Source: Kudoa neothunni
Lineage: Eukaryota; Animalia; Cnidaria
Direction of reading: 5' to 3'
Length of the DNA stretch: 64,000 nt
NCBI GenBank assembly: GCA_964304625.1
Contig: OZ199840.1
Location: forward strand, 1,522,917-1,586,916
Shown here: one piece after another, positions 25,951 through 39,151 of the stretch
How positions within the stretch are numbered: position 1 is the stretch's first letter
Layout: each line of letters begins with the position of its first letter
Program-made: the position numbers and the translations under genes
The notes under the pieces: model-generated
Seen by the model: the letters and a program-made list of their open reading frames with translations, nothing else
Database searches by the model: none
Told to the model about the DNA's origin: nothing

Positions 25951-26555
25951 ATGCTAGATATAAGCGATTTACAAAGTTTCCCTATCAACACTATTGTTCT
26001 ATCATTATTCAAATATAATTTTAGAAATCGGAATATGGTTCATATGTTTGGGAGGTGTGTTTTTCATACTTGGAATTATACTTTTTATGGATACTGTTCT
26101 TATTGCATTTGGAAATGTAAACATGCTATTGTTGTGAAGGATTTTGCGAAAAAAAATTGTTTTTAGGTGATTTTTATTTTTGGAATATTCTTGGCTATTG
26201 GCTTGAAGAAATCAACGAGATTCTTTTTTCAACGCAACAAATTGAAAGGATCTTTAACATTTCTTAGTGGAATTGTGTTGATTGTGGTGTTCAAATGGCC
26301 GATACTTGGAATTCTTCTTGAAAGCTATGGAATGTTCGTGTTATTCAGGTACGACGTGGTGGTGTCGATTTCTGATTAGCCTTTTATTCATTTAGGGGAT
26401 TTCTTCCTGTAATTTTTTCGTTTATGTACAAAATTCCCTTCATGGGAACCACGGTCCAAACGATTTCTTCCTTATTCGTAAGATTTTTTTTGCTTCTAAT
26501 ATTAACTTATTAACACTGGAAGCAAGTTATTAAGATTTCGCATTTCCAATCCTGA
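25951..26555 (+). CDS. GOT1: Vesicle transport protein GOT1/GOLT1 (Got1/Sft2 family)
   Basis: Spliced: MLDISDLQK/IGIWFICLGGVFFILGIILFMDTVLIAFGN/VIFIFG..IGLKKSTRFFFQRNKLKG..WPILGILLESYGMFVLFR/GFLPVIFSFMYKIPFMG. Introns 25976-26024, 26117-26166, 26349-26395. The 3' end is uncertain: stop at 26513 if unspliced, or 26555 via an intron starting at 26478. Confidence 0.9.
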
Positions 26556-28227
26556 ATATTAATGTTAATTAATATGTTAAAGTTTATGAAATAATTAAAT
26601 ATTTCTATTAAAATTATATTTGATCTATAAAAATTAACAACTTATGACTCTAATTGCTCAAATATTATATCTCTTAGTAATCAATGTTGGATAAATTATT
26701 CATTGTTTCTATTCCTTCTAGCTCCATAGTTTTGAGCTCAACTCTTGATGAAACTAGTTTTTATTTATATTACCATTTGTTTCCTATTATTATTATTATT
26801 ATTATTATAAATACTTAATTGCAATATCTATTAAATTTGTTCTTTCGACCATATTTTGTAAAACTCTTCTTTTTAGTTTTTTTATAATATTTTATACTGT
26901 TTGTATTGTTTTGTGATTTAGTATTATCATATAATAGTTGTTATAGTTTTCCCCAAACTTTGTTAATTTATATTTTTATATTATATTTGATTATTTAATT
27001 TTCTCTCATTACCGTGGATAGTTAATTGAAATTTAATTAATCATTAATTTTTTTTACTATCACAATTGCTATTTTATTTATTAATATCAAATTGTTGCAT
27101 TTAAAAATTTGAATGAATATAATTAATTAGTTAATCGACTTTTTTCACATTAATCGTTGAAAATAAACCCTTTTACAAAGTTTTATTTATTTATTAATCT
27201 TTTCTTTGCAAATTTCCCATTTTTATTCTCAATTACGAGATTGATCTTTAAAATAAGAATTAATAAATAAGTTGTTTCATTTATCACTCTGAATCATCGA
27301 ATTTAACGTGTATTAAAATTCATTAATTGAAATTTACATTTATTATTTTTTTTGAAATTTTATGTTGTCACACTAATCATTTGAATGACCTTAAAATTTA
27401 TTAGGATTCACAGAATTGTTTTTAACATTATCACCTAATGGATTATTTATTTAAACGCATATTTCCGCGTAATATCCATAGTTCGTTATAATTAGTTAAT
27501 TTACATATTCTTAAATAATTAAACCTACGAAAGTTTCCTATTTTTCCCATAATTAGTTTATTGATATAAAATTGAATAGTTTCTATGATTACCATTTATG
27601 AATTAAATATTTATTTTAAAATTATTCTTAGATATTTTCTATCATTCCCTGTAATTAATTAATGAAGTAAGTAATTAATTATATATTAAATTGGTTAATT
27701 GACTTACTTTTATTTATTCACGTTACTGCTAGGTTCTGTTTGACTATCAACGATTTAATTGGCTTTTTTTAAATAATTGAACTGAAAATATATTTTTTGA
27801 TAATCGATTAATAATAAATAGTTTTTATTTATTTTCATAATAATTAAAAATTCTGATGTAATTAATCAAAATATCTTAAATGCCCAAAATTATTTTTTTA
27901 ATTTTGTTGTAATTAGACAATTGAATATATTTAATGTTCAACAACATATCTGCGTCTAAAATATTGCCGATAAATAAAATTAGCTAATTTAATTTGAAAG
28001 CTCTATTAGAATATTTAATTGCTCTCATTTTATTGTTAAAATTTTGTAATATTTCCTTAGTTGTATAAAAGTGGAAATATGAAAAATTTAAAGTTTTGTT
28101 AAATCGGCAATTCAAGCTAACAAAAAAACGATTCTAAGACAAGATATTTCTGTCTATAAGGAAAGAAAATAAATATTATCATAACTAATAGTAGTCCTGT
28201 GCTAATAATTATTAGCAATGCCTTCAC

Positions 28228-29187
28228 CTATTCAGGTTTGATCGAATCAAGCAGTAGTCGTAGGAAGTTGTCCATATCCAGGTTATCAATAAGAAGAATG
28301 TTCCCCCCGTCATCGTACCTAAATTCAGTGTGTCCAAACGTTTCTCCCTCCATATGTATGTTTTCGACAACACAAAGCTTTCCAGAGACTTTATATTGGG
28401 GGTAGATGGCGACGAACAATGCAAAAGGGTCGCAAGTATTATCGCCAAATTTGGTCCATTTATGTGCCATCCATTGGGAGGATTTTTTGATCAATAACGC
28501 TCGTTTGTTTTTGGGATCATCAGCGTAGGGATTGTTGAAGTAGCTTTCCAAGTAGGGGACCCTAAGTAGATTTCGGTGACAGAATGCCAAATCGATGAGA
28601 TTTATTTTTTTGTTATTGGACAATTTGAATTTGTTCATCACAAGTCTCCATGCAACAGGATCACACCAACAGTTGAATTCGGCATGTGATGAAATGTTGT
28701 TCACTGTAATTTCATTGCGATCACCACCCATAATACTAAGCGAGGCCAGTTTTTCATCAAACGAATTATCGACTAGGTAAGCAGCTGCAAGGTTTGTTAG
28801 CGGCCCAACGGCAACCAAATGAATTTCTCCTGGATACATGTTGACGTAGTGAACAAGCGCTTCAGAGCTGCTCATGGATTGTTTCGGTTGTGTGTCCTCA
28901 TACTCCAAATTCATATCACACAAACCATCCATTCCATGATAGTTATTGGATACTGGTTCCACTCCCATAAGGTTCACAGTTGTACCATGATACACGGGGA
29001 TATCGGTTCTGTCGCAAGTGTACAATATTTTTTTGGCATTGAGATAGGTTTGATCGGCCACTGTATTTCCAAGGCAGGTAGTGATGGCGACAATTTGGAT
29101 GTGTTTTGCAGCCAGCGCCATCAAAATAGTTTCCATATCATCAACACCAGGGTCACAATCGATAATAATTTTCATTTTTTCTCCCAT
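28228..29187 (-). CDS. Nucleoside hydrolase (IU_nuc_hydro family), intronless, 319 aa; paralogue of 22427-23386
   Basis: Motifs DCDPGVDD, TCLGN, HGMDGL, VGPLTNLA, MGG, AEFN, CDP. Same length as and colinear with the other copy. Confidence 0.95.
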   Translation of the reverse strand: MGEKMKIIIDCDPGVDDMETILMALAAKHIQIVAITTCLGNTVADQTYLNAKKILYTCDRTDIPVYHGTTVNLMGVEPVSNNYHGMDGLCDMNLEYEDTQPKQSMSSSEALVHYVNMYPGEIHLVAVGPLTNLAAAYLVDNSFDEKLASLSIMGGDRNEITVNNISSHAEFNCWCDPVAWRLVMNKFKLSNNKKINLIDLAFCHRNLLRVPYLESYFNNPYADDPKNKRALLIKKSSQWMAHKWTKFGDNTCDPFALFVAIYPQYKVSGKLCVVENIHMEGETFGHTEFRYDDGGNILLIDNLDMDNFLRLLLDSIKPE

Positions 29188-30040
29188 TTCAGTTTTGTTT
29201 GTTAAGATGTGCTAACGTGTGTTATTTAAGTGTGGTTTAATCCTGGGATACGGGGGGTTTTTATTTTACATGATAATAGTCTTAACATGGATTAGTTTTA
29301 AAATTTGTTTTTTGTTCGAATTTTCCGAATCATATTTATATGGGTAATTATGTGTATCTGCTTCATATTAATAGATTTTTGATTATTCATGAGCTATTGT
29401 TATATCTAAAAATATTCTGCATGTCATAATTCGAATATTTTTCTCTTGATTAATCCTACCTTTGGTGTTTTTCAAACATTGTTGATATCTTTACCAGCAG
29501 CATTTTTCCAAGTACACACACCCAATAGAATTGTGAAAAAGGTCACGTTTCTTCCAATATCCTAGCATTAGATCGATCCTCCTTTTTATAAATTAAATGG
29601 GGAATCATTTATAGGGGACTTTTTTATTATTTATTTAGAATATTAAAATCTCTAGTATAAACAAATTTATGTAGGTGGTCGTTTGTTTTATTTTAATATT
29701 ATCAGTGTGAGAAAATAAAATTTTCTTGGTGATTTGGCTTAAAATTATTTTTTCTACATTAATCACTGGTAACAAATTAACTAATAATATAATTTGATAT
29801 TTTGTTTAGTTTAACAAAAATTTAGTCAATAAGTAAATTTCGTGATATCCTTATGAATCACGGAGATTAATAATTTTGTTTTTTCCCAAGATTAGAATTC
29901 GAGTAACATGTCACGGGTTGAGAAAGATTAACTGGCAATCACCAATCCAGTATCTTTATATTTTTTATGATTAATCCCTTTCGGTATCACGAATTTAATT
30001 TGCAAGAATTATAACCTCATCCATGGATCGTTACTTCTTA

Positions 30041-31100
30041 TCTATATGTATAAACCTTAGCTTTGTTTGTGTGTGCCCACATGTGCATATGTTTACGTAT
30101 ATTCCTGAGAGTTTTTTTGTTAAATATAGCTTTTTGTGTTCATATGAAAGTATTATATTATTATAAAATCCTTAATTCACTCAACAATGATACGATAAAT
30201 CTTCTCATCAGAAGTGAGGAATTTTTCCATACCTTACTTAAAAAACGGATTAAAATCACCTGCTTATGCTTGATGTTTGTTTTTTTCGTAGTGATAGTCA
30301 ATTAAAATGAATTTCTACATTATATATATATATATATATACGAAAAGAATCTGTTAAATAATTATTATAGAATGTCCTAAAATATTAAAAATTTCGCTAG
30401 AAGTACTTTTACGAAAGATGAAACTAACGCTATATTTCTGAGATATTGTATCTTACGTAAATTTTTTCACATATACCATTTTTAAGTATTAGATTTACTG
30501 AATAAACACTAAAGAAATATTTTAACATTAATAATTATAATTATTATAAATTATATAAATCATTTAAGATTATAAGTTGTTGCCATATAGGAATGATTTT
30601 ATATATATTTATATAAAATCTTTTGTCTGTCCAAGTGTGTCTGTGTTTGTACACAAGTGCGCATGTGCTAGGGATAAACATTTTTTAAATACAGCGTTTA
30701 GTTAGCATTTGAATAGATGACACCGTTAATAAAAATCGTTCATCTACTTAGAAATGAAAACATAATCAATATCGCAGTCAGAAGTAAGGAATTTTCTGAT
30801 AGTCTACTCAAATAGCGGATTAACAAGTACCTGAATAATATTGATGTTTGTTTACTTCGGAGCGAGAATCAATTAGAATGAATTTTCACTAACTATATAA
30901 AAAGAAAATCTGTTAATTTGGATATATAATGTTTCACAAATGCTACATATGGTTGTTTGGAGTAATTTTAAGACAAATAAAACTATTAACGTCACATTTA
31001 CAAGAGATGTAGCATTTTCCTTAAAATTTTGAGCGTAACCAAATTATTTACGTTTTAGATTCATTTTTCGAGAATTATGGATATTTTAAATAAAGCACAT
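30041..31100 (+). repeat. Two adjacent copies of a Helitron-like interspersed repeat (about 30041-30500 and 30600-31100)
   Basis: Shared blocks TCAGAAGT(G/A)AGGAATTTT, CGGATTAA, TTGATGTTTGTTT, AAGAA(A)ATCTGTTAA. The start TCTATATGTATAAA..TTTGTTTGTGTG resembles Helitron 5' ends. Confidence 0.5.
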
Positions 31101-33019
31101 AATTTGAGATTGAAACCATATTCGTCTTTTCGAAAAGTTTTTACTCATTTTTCGGTTTTCCTAAACTTTCTTGAAAAACAGCCGACATAACTAATTCAAT
31201 AAGTTTCTATACATGTTGAGATAATTGTTTTAAATAATGTTTAACTTTATAGTAACCTGATTATTCCTTACCCCCAGCCAGACCTTAAGATTAATATTCA
31301 AATCAATAAATAATATTCGTTTCGCAAAAAATACATTCTCCACTCAATCCCAATACGTGACATGTAAGTTAATAGGAAATTATTGGTCTATTCGATCTAA
31401 CCGATATTTTCACAAAGTTTTTCTTAATCTAAGAATAGTAAGTTTATTTTTGAATATTTAAGCATTACTGTAATTTTCGACCATGAAACACCTTTACAAT
31501 TTAGATTTTAGATTTAATCGTATTTTGATAATTAAGTTTGTGTATTCTTGAACCAATAAGTATTTTGGTTAATAATAAGGTTGACATTTATGTAAATACC
31601 TAACAATTGTTCTACAATAACGAATGTATAATTTTTCGCTCACAGCTCATTAAAACCTCATTAACATCCTTTATAAAATTGCAAAAAGGAGTAACAACTA
31701 ATATTTTTATTTCTGACGCATCTTAGATCGATTTTATTTATTTTATCGTTTGTACATTAACAATAAATTTTATAACTAGAAGGATTAATTTTTATCGTAA
31801 GATTTTGAAAATGACTGAAAGTCCTATTTAGTATTTTAGTTACTCAATAATTTTGTATAATAAATAAACACAGTTTAATTGTAGAATTTCTCCTTCCAAT
31901 TAAAACTAAAAATTAAAATGATATCAACTGCTTGGAACATTGTTAAAGCCATTTATCATACCTCATAATCACTCATGTAGAATTGATGTTCTTTAATTTT
32001 ACACAGATTTTTGAATAAAAACATTAAATTTCCAGGACTATTCGGATTAAATTTAATCTACTGTCGTCGAAGAATGGACACCAATCTTGGAATTCTTCGT
32101 TGAGAACGGAATTTAAAAAGGTATTGCCAGAGTATAACACTGAGTCATAATATTTTTTTTTCTTAAATCGAAAATATTCGTGAAAGATGTTTTAATTCTC
32201 GAAAAAATTAGGCATTTGTTTCTCAAAGTAACGCATGTTTAAACCTGAATTATAGTATAAATCTTAATTATTTCTTTGATTTCGCGTAATACTGCAATAA
32301 TTAATTAATTAATTAATTTTTTCGATAAAAAACTACGGAAAGCGCGCGCACATTTATTTTGAATGGATAGTACAACCATTTTATAATCCTTTGGGATCAC
32401 ATTATTTGGATCCCCTATGTACTATTCTCTCAATAATAGTAGTAATAGTAGTAATAATAATAATAATAATATTTGGCTTGTTTACCATGATAGTATTATA
32501 CTTTTGTGTATTGTTAAACAATTCAATGATTGATTGTTTAGAGTTTGGATGGGAAGACAGAACGTCAATATGTGTGAAAAGTTGAGATTGAAACCGAGAG
32601 ACACAAAATATTTTTTAGATAATTCTGTAGTATTGATTCGATGGGTTTTATTTCTAGTTATAGTGTTGGTTTGCGCTACATCAAATGATATAGTAAGGAG
32701 CATGCGTCAATATGCTTAACCTAACACTAATTATAGGTTGGGTATCGGTAATTATCGTTGATAGGGTGAAAATTTCTATTTAGTCATATTCGTCCAATTT
32801 GCTTCGCCAATTAATTGAATTGATTATATTATTTAAATACATTTGTACGGCATATAATTAAAAGGGTAGCTTAATTAAAAAATTAATGATAACGAAAATT
32901 TGACATCCGAACATTAACGATACTTTAAAAGAAAGTTTTAGCTGGTTACGTCCGCCTGATATCTGCTCTAATCTAAATCTGCTAAAACTGCGTCCTTGAC
33001 TGCGTACTGAGTGGTATTA

Positions 33020-34992
33020 ATGAACCCAGGACGCACAACAAGATCGCAAACTAAACGGTCTGGTTTTTCCACTGAGCCAGTTTCAGTTGACCGACTATCC
33101 ACAAGAAGAACCACACATTCTGCTTCGATCAGTCGATCACACAACGCAGTTGAGCAACTTAGATCAATTAGAAGATCTCGAATGCATCATCTTCGAAATG
33201 TATGCTATTTATTTCGATTAATACGTTATTATTGGTCAGAATATGTTTCTAAAGTTGTGTGTGTGTGTGCATTGTCCACTTTAGGTTAATGCATCATCCA
33301 ATAATTCCACCAGAAATTCATCTACCAGTGAAAATGAAAATGTCACCAACAATTCAAACTACAATCTAAGACGTTTAACACAGAGATCTAGACCATCTCT
33401 GCCATCCAGTATTACACCGAGACGGTATTACCTCGAATTTATTTGCCGAATCTTGATATGCAGCGGATGTATCGGGGTTGTGCTCGCTCATTATTAACTG
33501 TATGTAGGTTACATTTGTTTCCGCCAACAATACCACTACCACAACCACCCCCTGAAAATCTCTATTCGATCTATCCACCCAATATCCAACCGGTAATCAA
33601 TTATTTCCAATATTATCAATGGTTTTATGATGTTATTTAATGATATTACGATAGGTGGTTGGACCCTCACGACAACCGGTGATTCCACCTCCGCCACCGC
33701 CGCCGCCACCACAAGCAATCCGGAATCCTATGTATCCGTTGGAGTCACAAGTGCTCAATGAAAGGACCTTAAATTCTAGACGTAGATATCGCAATCGACG
33801 ACGAAATCGTAGAATAAATAACACCACAGTTGAATCAGGATATAGCCCAGAGAATGACACATTCCAAGCTCACACTGATTCAGATATTCAGCTGGTGTAT
33901 GGTCCACCAACAATGAGCTTGTTCGACAGTCCAATGAATTATTTAATTCGTGATAACAGTACCCCAACTGAACCTAGAGGCAATTCCAACACTTACACAA
34001 TCTATGAATCCAACAACCCGGAACATTCCTTATTGGCCCAGTTGCAAGAACACAATAATGATCGAGATGTTGGTCAGGAACTTTATATTGTCGATTCATC
34101 AGATGATTCGGAACATCCTTTAATTTCGAATGTTATACAATTTCATAACCGAAACTATGACGCTGATGATAACATCATTACCAATTCAACTGATCATTTT
34201 ACCCCACGAATTTTGCGACCTTTCATCGATCAATCCGATATTTATAGATATAACGATGAGTTAATAGAAAATAGTCACAGCTTGGGTAATTTACGGTTGT
34301 ATTGTGATTTAACCGAGATTTTTTAATGAATGAATGAATCATCGTTTAACTTCTTTTCACAAATAGACCCCGCTATATTTATTAACGCCCCACATACAAA
34401 CGACCAAACTCCACCCCCTTTTTTTATTCCAAATAGCAATCATTCTTTTGATGATCTCGAAGATGATATACTTATACAGTCGAGTAGCGATTTCCTACCA
34501 AATACAAATAGACAGGGATTTCGATCCAGGATACCATCCTATGAATCCTACCCTAATTTACTGCATAGATTGATTGTTATGCAAAGTCTGCCAATGTATA
34601 CCGGATTAGATCGTGATGTTATGGACAGTCGATCCCGAGGCTTCTACTCCGCATTTGGAGTTCCTCCCGGTCTTCCTAGACGGCTACAAAGTAATACACC
34701 TCAAAATTAGGGGATTTCATTTCTATTAATGTTTGTCATTTCTAATTGTGTGTGTGTGTGTGCTGTAGTTGTCGAATCGTTGCGTACCTTCACCTTCCAA
34801 GAATCACCCAACCAATATGGGGATGACTCTTGTGGAATATGCCTTGAGAAATACAAACCTCAAAGTGTTGTTCTGGAGATCCATCCGTGTAAACATATTT
34901 TCCATAAATCTTGCGTTTTGTCATGGCTCAGATTGGAGATCACCTGCCCCTACTGTAGAACCAAAGTCCACGAACCTCCAATAGTTATCTAG
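33020..34992 (+). CDS. RING-H2 (C3H2C3) E3 ubiquitin ligase with a long low-complexity N-terminus
   Basis: Last exon encodes CGIC..CKHIFHKSC..W....CPYC. Ser/Arg/Pro/Asn-rich upstream exons join in frame via GT-AG introns at about 33200-33284, 33425-33507, 33593-33654, 34286-34366 and 34691-34768. Confidence 0.85.
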
Positions 34993-37630
34993 CAGGATAT
35001 TTATTAATCTTGTGTCGAATATTTTCAACCCAAACATTTTCTGTCTATATTTTAGTTTTTATGATATAGCAGGGGTTTTAGTTTTTGTAAATTGTGTTTT
35101 TACCCAACCAAATATCCAAATATTGACAGTTTCATGAAAATAGGCGGTTAATTGGAATTTTTAATAATTCCTATTTTGTATTGGTTTTAATTTAATTCAA
35201 TCACTTCAAGAGTAAGAAATGGATGTGTGGATTTTTAACGTTACATCTTTTAAGATAGTCTATCTTAATTAAATTAGGTTTATTGAACCCTTGCTTGCTA
35301 TTGTCGGAGATTGTCTGTTAATTTTATCCATAAATAATTTATTTACTTTTTTGAAACGATATAAACATTATTAGAGGTTTCGTTCGCTGAACCTAATTTA
35401 AGAATCACTGTTTTACGAGGTGTTATGCGTATGCTTTAACGATAAAAAATACCATGTTTACATTCAAGTTACTTCGAAATTAATATTTTTTCGAGTCTGG
35501 TGGCTAAAATAGTTGAGTATGAGTTCATGATCATTACCAGGTCTTTACAAAATCGAGGCGAGGGTAAATTAATTATATTAGTTTTAAACGCTTAAAATAT
35601 TCAACCACACCAAAATATTGATGTAGATTACTAAATTTGACGTAATATTTCATTTTATATTAAAAAACTAAGTAACGAATGTTTATTTTTAGGATAAATA
35701 GTAAAAATATGCTTTAAACACCTTGGCATCAATGTATTAATTTAACTTAAAATGCTTAAAAATCGTACTTTTTATTTATGACGATTACTTTACTTTAAAG
35801 TTAATTTTAATTAAAATATAATTATTTAGTATTTTTGTTTTTGGTTACTTAAAGGATATAAATAAAAAGCTAATTTAATAAAATAAATTAAAAATTTTTA
35901 TGTTTGAATTTTGGAATAAATACTGTTATAACATTCTTTTATTCATGAAAAAACTACGTGAAAAAAATTTATAAACTAAAAATCACACTAAGAAATAACA
36001 CGGTTAAATTGAAAAATCTTCGTTCTAATGTTGAATAAAATAAATCAGAAAGTTCCGTTTTTAAAATACAAAGCCACAAAATTGAACATTTATAAACTTA
36101 TTACTAATAGATTCAAATAAAAAAATTCAGTGAACAATTAACGACTTCAAATTTGTTAATAATATAGAGAAATAGTAATTTTTTGATGTATTTATCAACA
36201 ACATAGAGATTCCACGCGAACCCGAATGTGCTCGACTTAAGATTTATTTCCAGTTTATATGTTGATTCCTTTTTATTCAAAATTAATTACATAATGTAAT
36301 TTTTTGTGATAAGAACAAAATGATAAAAAATTAGAAATAGAAGTGAGTTAACTTAACAAATTGTAGGAAACGACTTTATTTCCGATTTAATGTGCGACAC
36401 CAACCGAACTTTGTACACAAATACTGTAGTACTGTAGTTTAGCTGATATTTTATAAGAAATAAATGGTTATTCATAAAAATAATGCATTTCTGAATTTGA
36501 TAAAATAATTTCTCCTAACATTGATTACAAAAATCCACTGTGAACCCATTGATTAATCTTTTCGAAATAAAGGATAATCTATATATCTTCGATTTTTTGA
36601 AGGCCTAATCATTACAGAATATTTAAAATATAAATTTAATTAAATGATTAATTCTAACATTTATTTTTGAATATATATTTTTTTTGTTTCTCACTTTTTT
36701 ATATAAATCATAAATGTCGTGTTCTTTTACATGATTAAAGTTAATTTTTAATGTATTCAGTATGCAAAAATTGATGCTCATGATTAATGAACTTGATTAG
36801 ACTACATTTACTTTTTTTGATGACGGCGAAGGAATAAAAGAAAATTAGTTATTATTGAATTTTATGATATGAAAATATTTAAATTTTGGATATCATTAAG
36901 AATTTTGGACAATTTAGGGTGCGCAAATAAAGATTAAATCAGGATATAAAACATTGTGATAAATCGTTTTAATTGTGCAATTTCCTGTGATTTAATAATT
37001 TTTTAAATTTAGAAAATTTTAAGAATATAATCATTAAAAAAATATTTATAAACAAATGTGTAAGTCCGTGTTGGAATATTTATTGAGAATGAGCCGATTT
37101 CTAAGAATTGATAGTTGATAATTGATAAATAGTGAGTAATTCGGTGATGATATTTATAGATTCTTTTTTTTATAGAGAAGTCATGAATTTTATATTTAGT
37201 AATATATTGGATTACGTGATAATAAATTTTGTTGAATATATATTTTATTCGGAGTTGAAAAGGAAACGCGTTGTTTCCCTGAATTTTTATCTATTCGAAG
37301 TATATTGTAGTAATTCTTAGGAATTTTTCTTATACCTATACAAATAGAATATTTTGTGTAGTTTTGACAATTGTTAGTTATTTCTGTTACCTAGGTAAGT
37401 ATGAAATGAGAAAAAAATAATTGGCTACCACATATTAAATTGATAAAATGCTTTATGACTAATATAAAGAAGTTATAAAAATGAGAAAACTTTTCGATGT
37501 TCATCTATTTGCATTAAGAGTTTTATTTTAAGTAATTCTATATTTTACGATGAGATTTTGTATTTTGAATCAATTGTAACAAATTAATTAATTAAATAAC
37601 ATAAACTTATTTTATCATAAATATATTTTT

Positions 37631-39151
37631 GGCAGTGGCTATTGGTACGGGAGGGGATAACTTCAAATCTACAAAGTCACATCAAATTTGAAATTTTTAT
37701 TTAGTAATTAATGATTTATGGCCTAATATAATTAACAATTTTGAAGAAAAATACAACATTATTGTCATTTTTTCTAATTTTAACATCATAATTAAAATTA
37801 TGAGTTAACATATTGATAGTCATAAATACATCCATGTTGGTTATTCCTCCTGTTTTCACATTGTGTAAGGATTTCGCTCTGATATTTTTACTCTTCTCAT
37901 AAAATAAAATTTTTTATTAGATCCAAATGATATTAATTCAAAAAGATGATTATCTCAGAAATCGACTTTTAGTTGATGAGGTAGAAATTTGTATATCGAA
38001 ACACTACTATAGTGATGATTATGTATCTCATTTAAGAATATGATTATGAAAAATTTTCCATATCGTTAATAGCTCAATAAGTAATGCTAGAGAAGCAGTT
38101 ACCTCGATATGTTGACCATTTTTGTGATCATTACGCTTTCCTTTTTGTAGTAAATCAAAGCTTCATTAAAATATTTTAGAATTTTAGATTGGGAATTCTG
38201 TATCTTTCAAAATTTCTTCATTTTTAATATTCAAGGAAAGAGATGTTTATAACGATTAATATGACTTTTTAATGAGTTTATAGGTCAGTCTTTAATCCAG
38301 GAGAGGATTCCCACGTACAAGTGACGATACAATGAAACTTAGATTCCCACACAGGTTACAGTAATCATGAATACCAAACGTGTTTCATACTATCGTGGAC
38401 ATTAATTTCAAATAACGCATTAGAGTAAAATTAGAATTTTTTTTAATTTTTATATTATCAAAATTAATAACTTATCTATATTTGTAGCAATAACATTTTA
38501 GAAGATAGAATTATGCTCACCGCTATTTAAATGCAAACAGTAAGTTTTTATATTGATTTTAACTATACAATTTAACATTACTTTAAATATATTTACTTTA
38601 AAGATTTATTAAATTCATTACATAGAATGTTCTAGTCGTTTTCTATGCATCGCGGTAATACTTAATATACTTTCTAGATATATAATAACAGAGATATAAA
38701 TATAATATATAAATCAAATATATTTATAACAAATACAATTATTTCATTCTATAAAAACATAGTTAAGCATATTTTAACAGGTTACATCAGCTGAGCTAGT
38801 TTAAACATATTAGGTACAATCAGAGGTAATAGGGTGGACGTTTTTATACATAAAACACAATGTCGGTTATTTGATTTTTTAGTTAAAGAAATATTTATTA
38901 GTAGAAAATTAAAATATGTATTTGACATTAATAATAACAAAATACAAAACACGAAATTTATAGTCACAATATTAGAAATTTCAATAGCTCAAATTTTCTC
39001 TAAAACACTTAATTATATTATGCCAAAAATCATTAAGTACAAATGTGGATTTCAAATTTTAACTGGATTCTTAGATTTGAAGTTATTCCATCCCGTGGCA
39101 ATAGACATCCCCCGCATGCGGATTATACGGATCAGTAGCAATAGCCAGTGC
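37631..39151. mobile_element. Non-autonomous MULE-like element
   Basis: Termini GGCAGTGGCTATTG / CAATAGCCAGTGC; internal inverted match GGA..ATAACTTCAAATCTA. An exact direct repeat ATATATTTTT on both flanks is a plausible 9-10 bp TSD. Confidence 0.7.

Noticed and set aside
22402-29205. Several 60-128 aa ORFs overlapping the hydrolase genes (likewise those antisense to Kunitz, RING and piggyBac sequence)
   Set aside because: Alternative-frame or antisense shadows of real coding sequence, with no recognisable motifs.
32391-32719. Small hydrophobic ORFs upstream of the RING gene
   Set aside because: The hydrophobic run derives from a (TAA/TAG)n microsatellite. No homology or coherent splice model was found.
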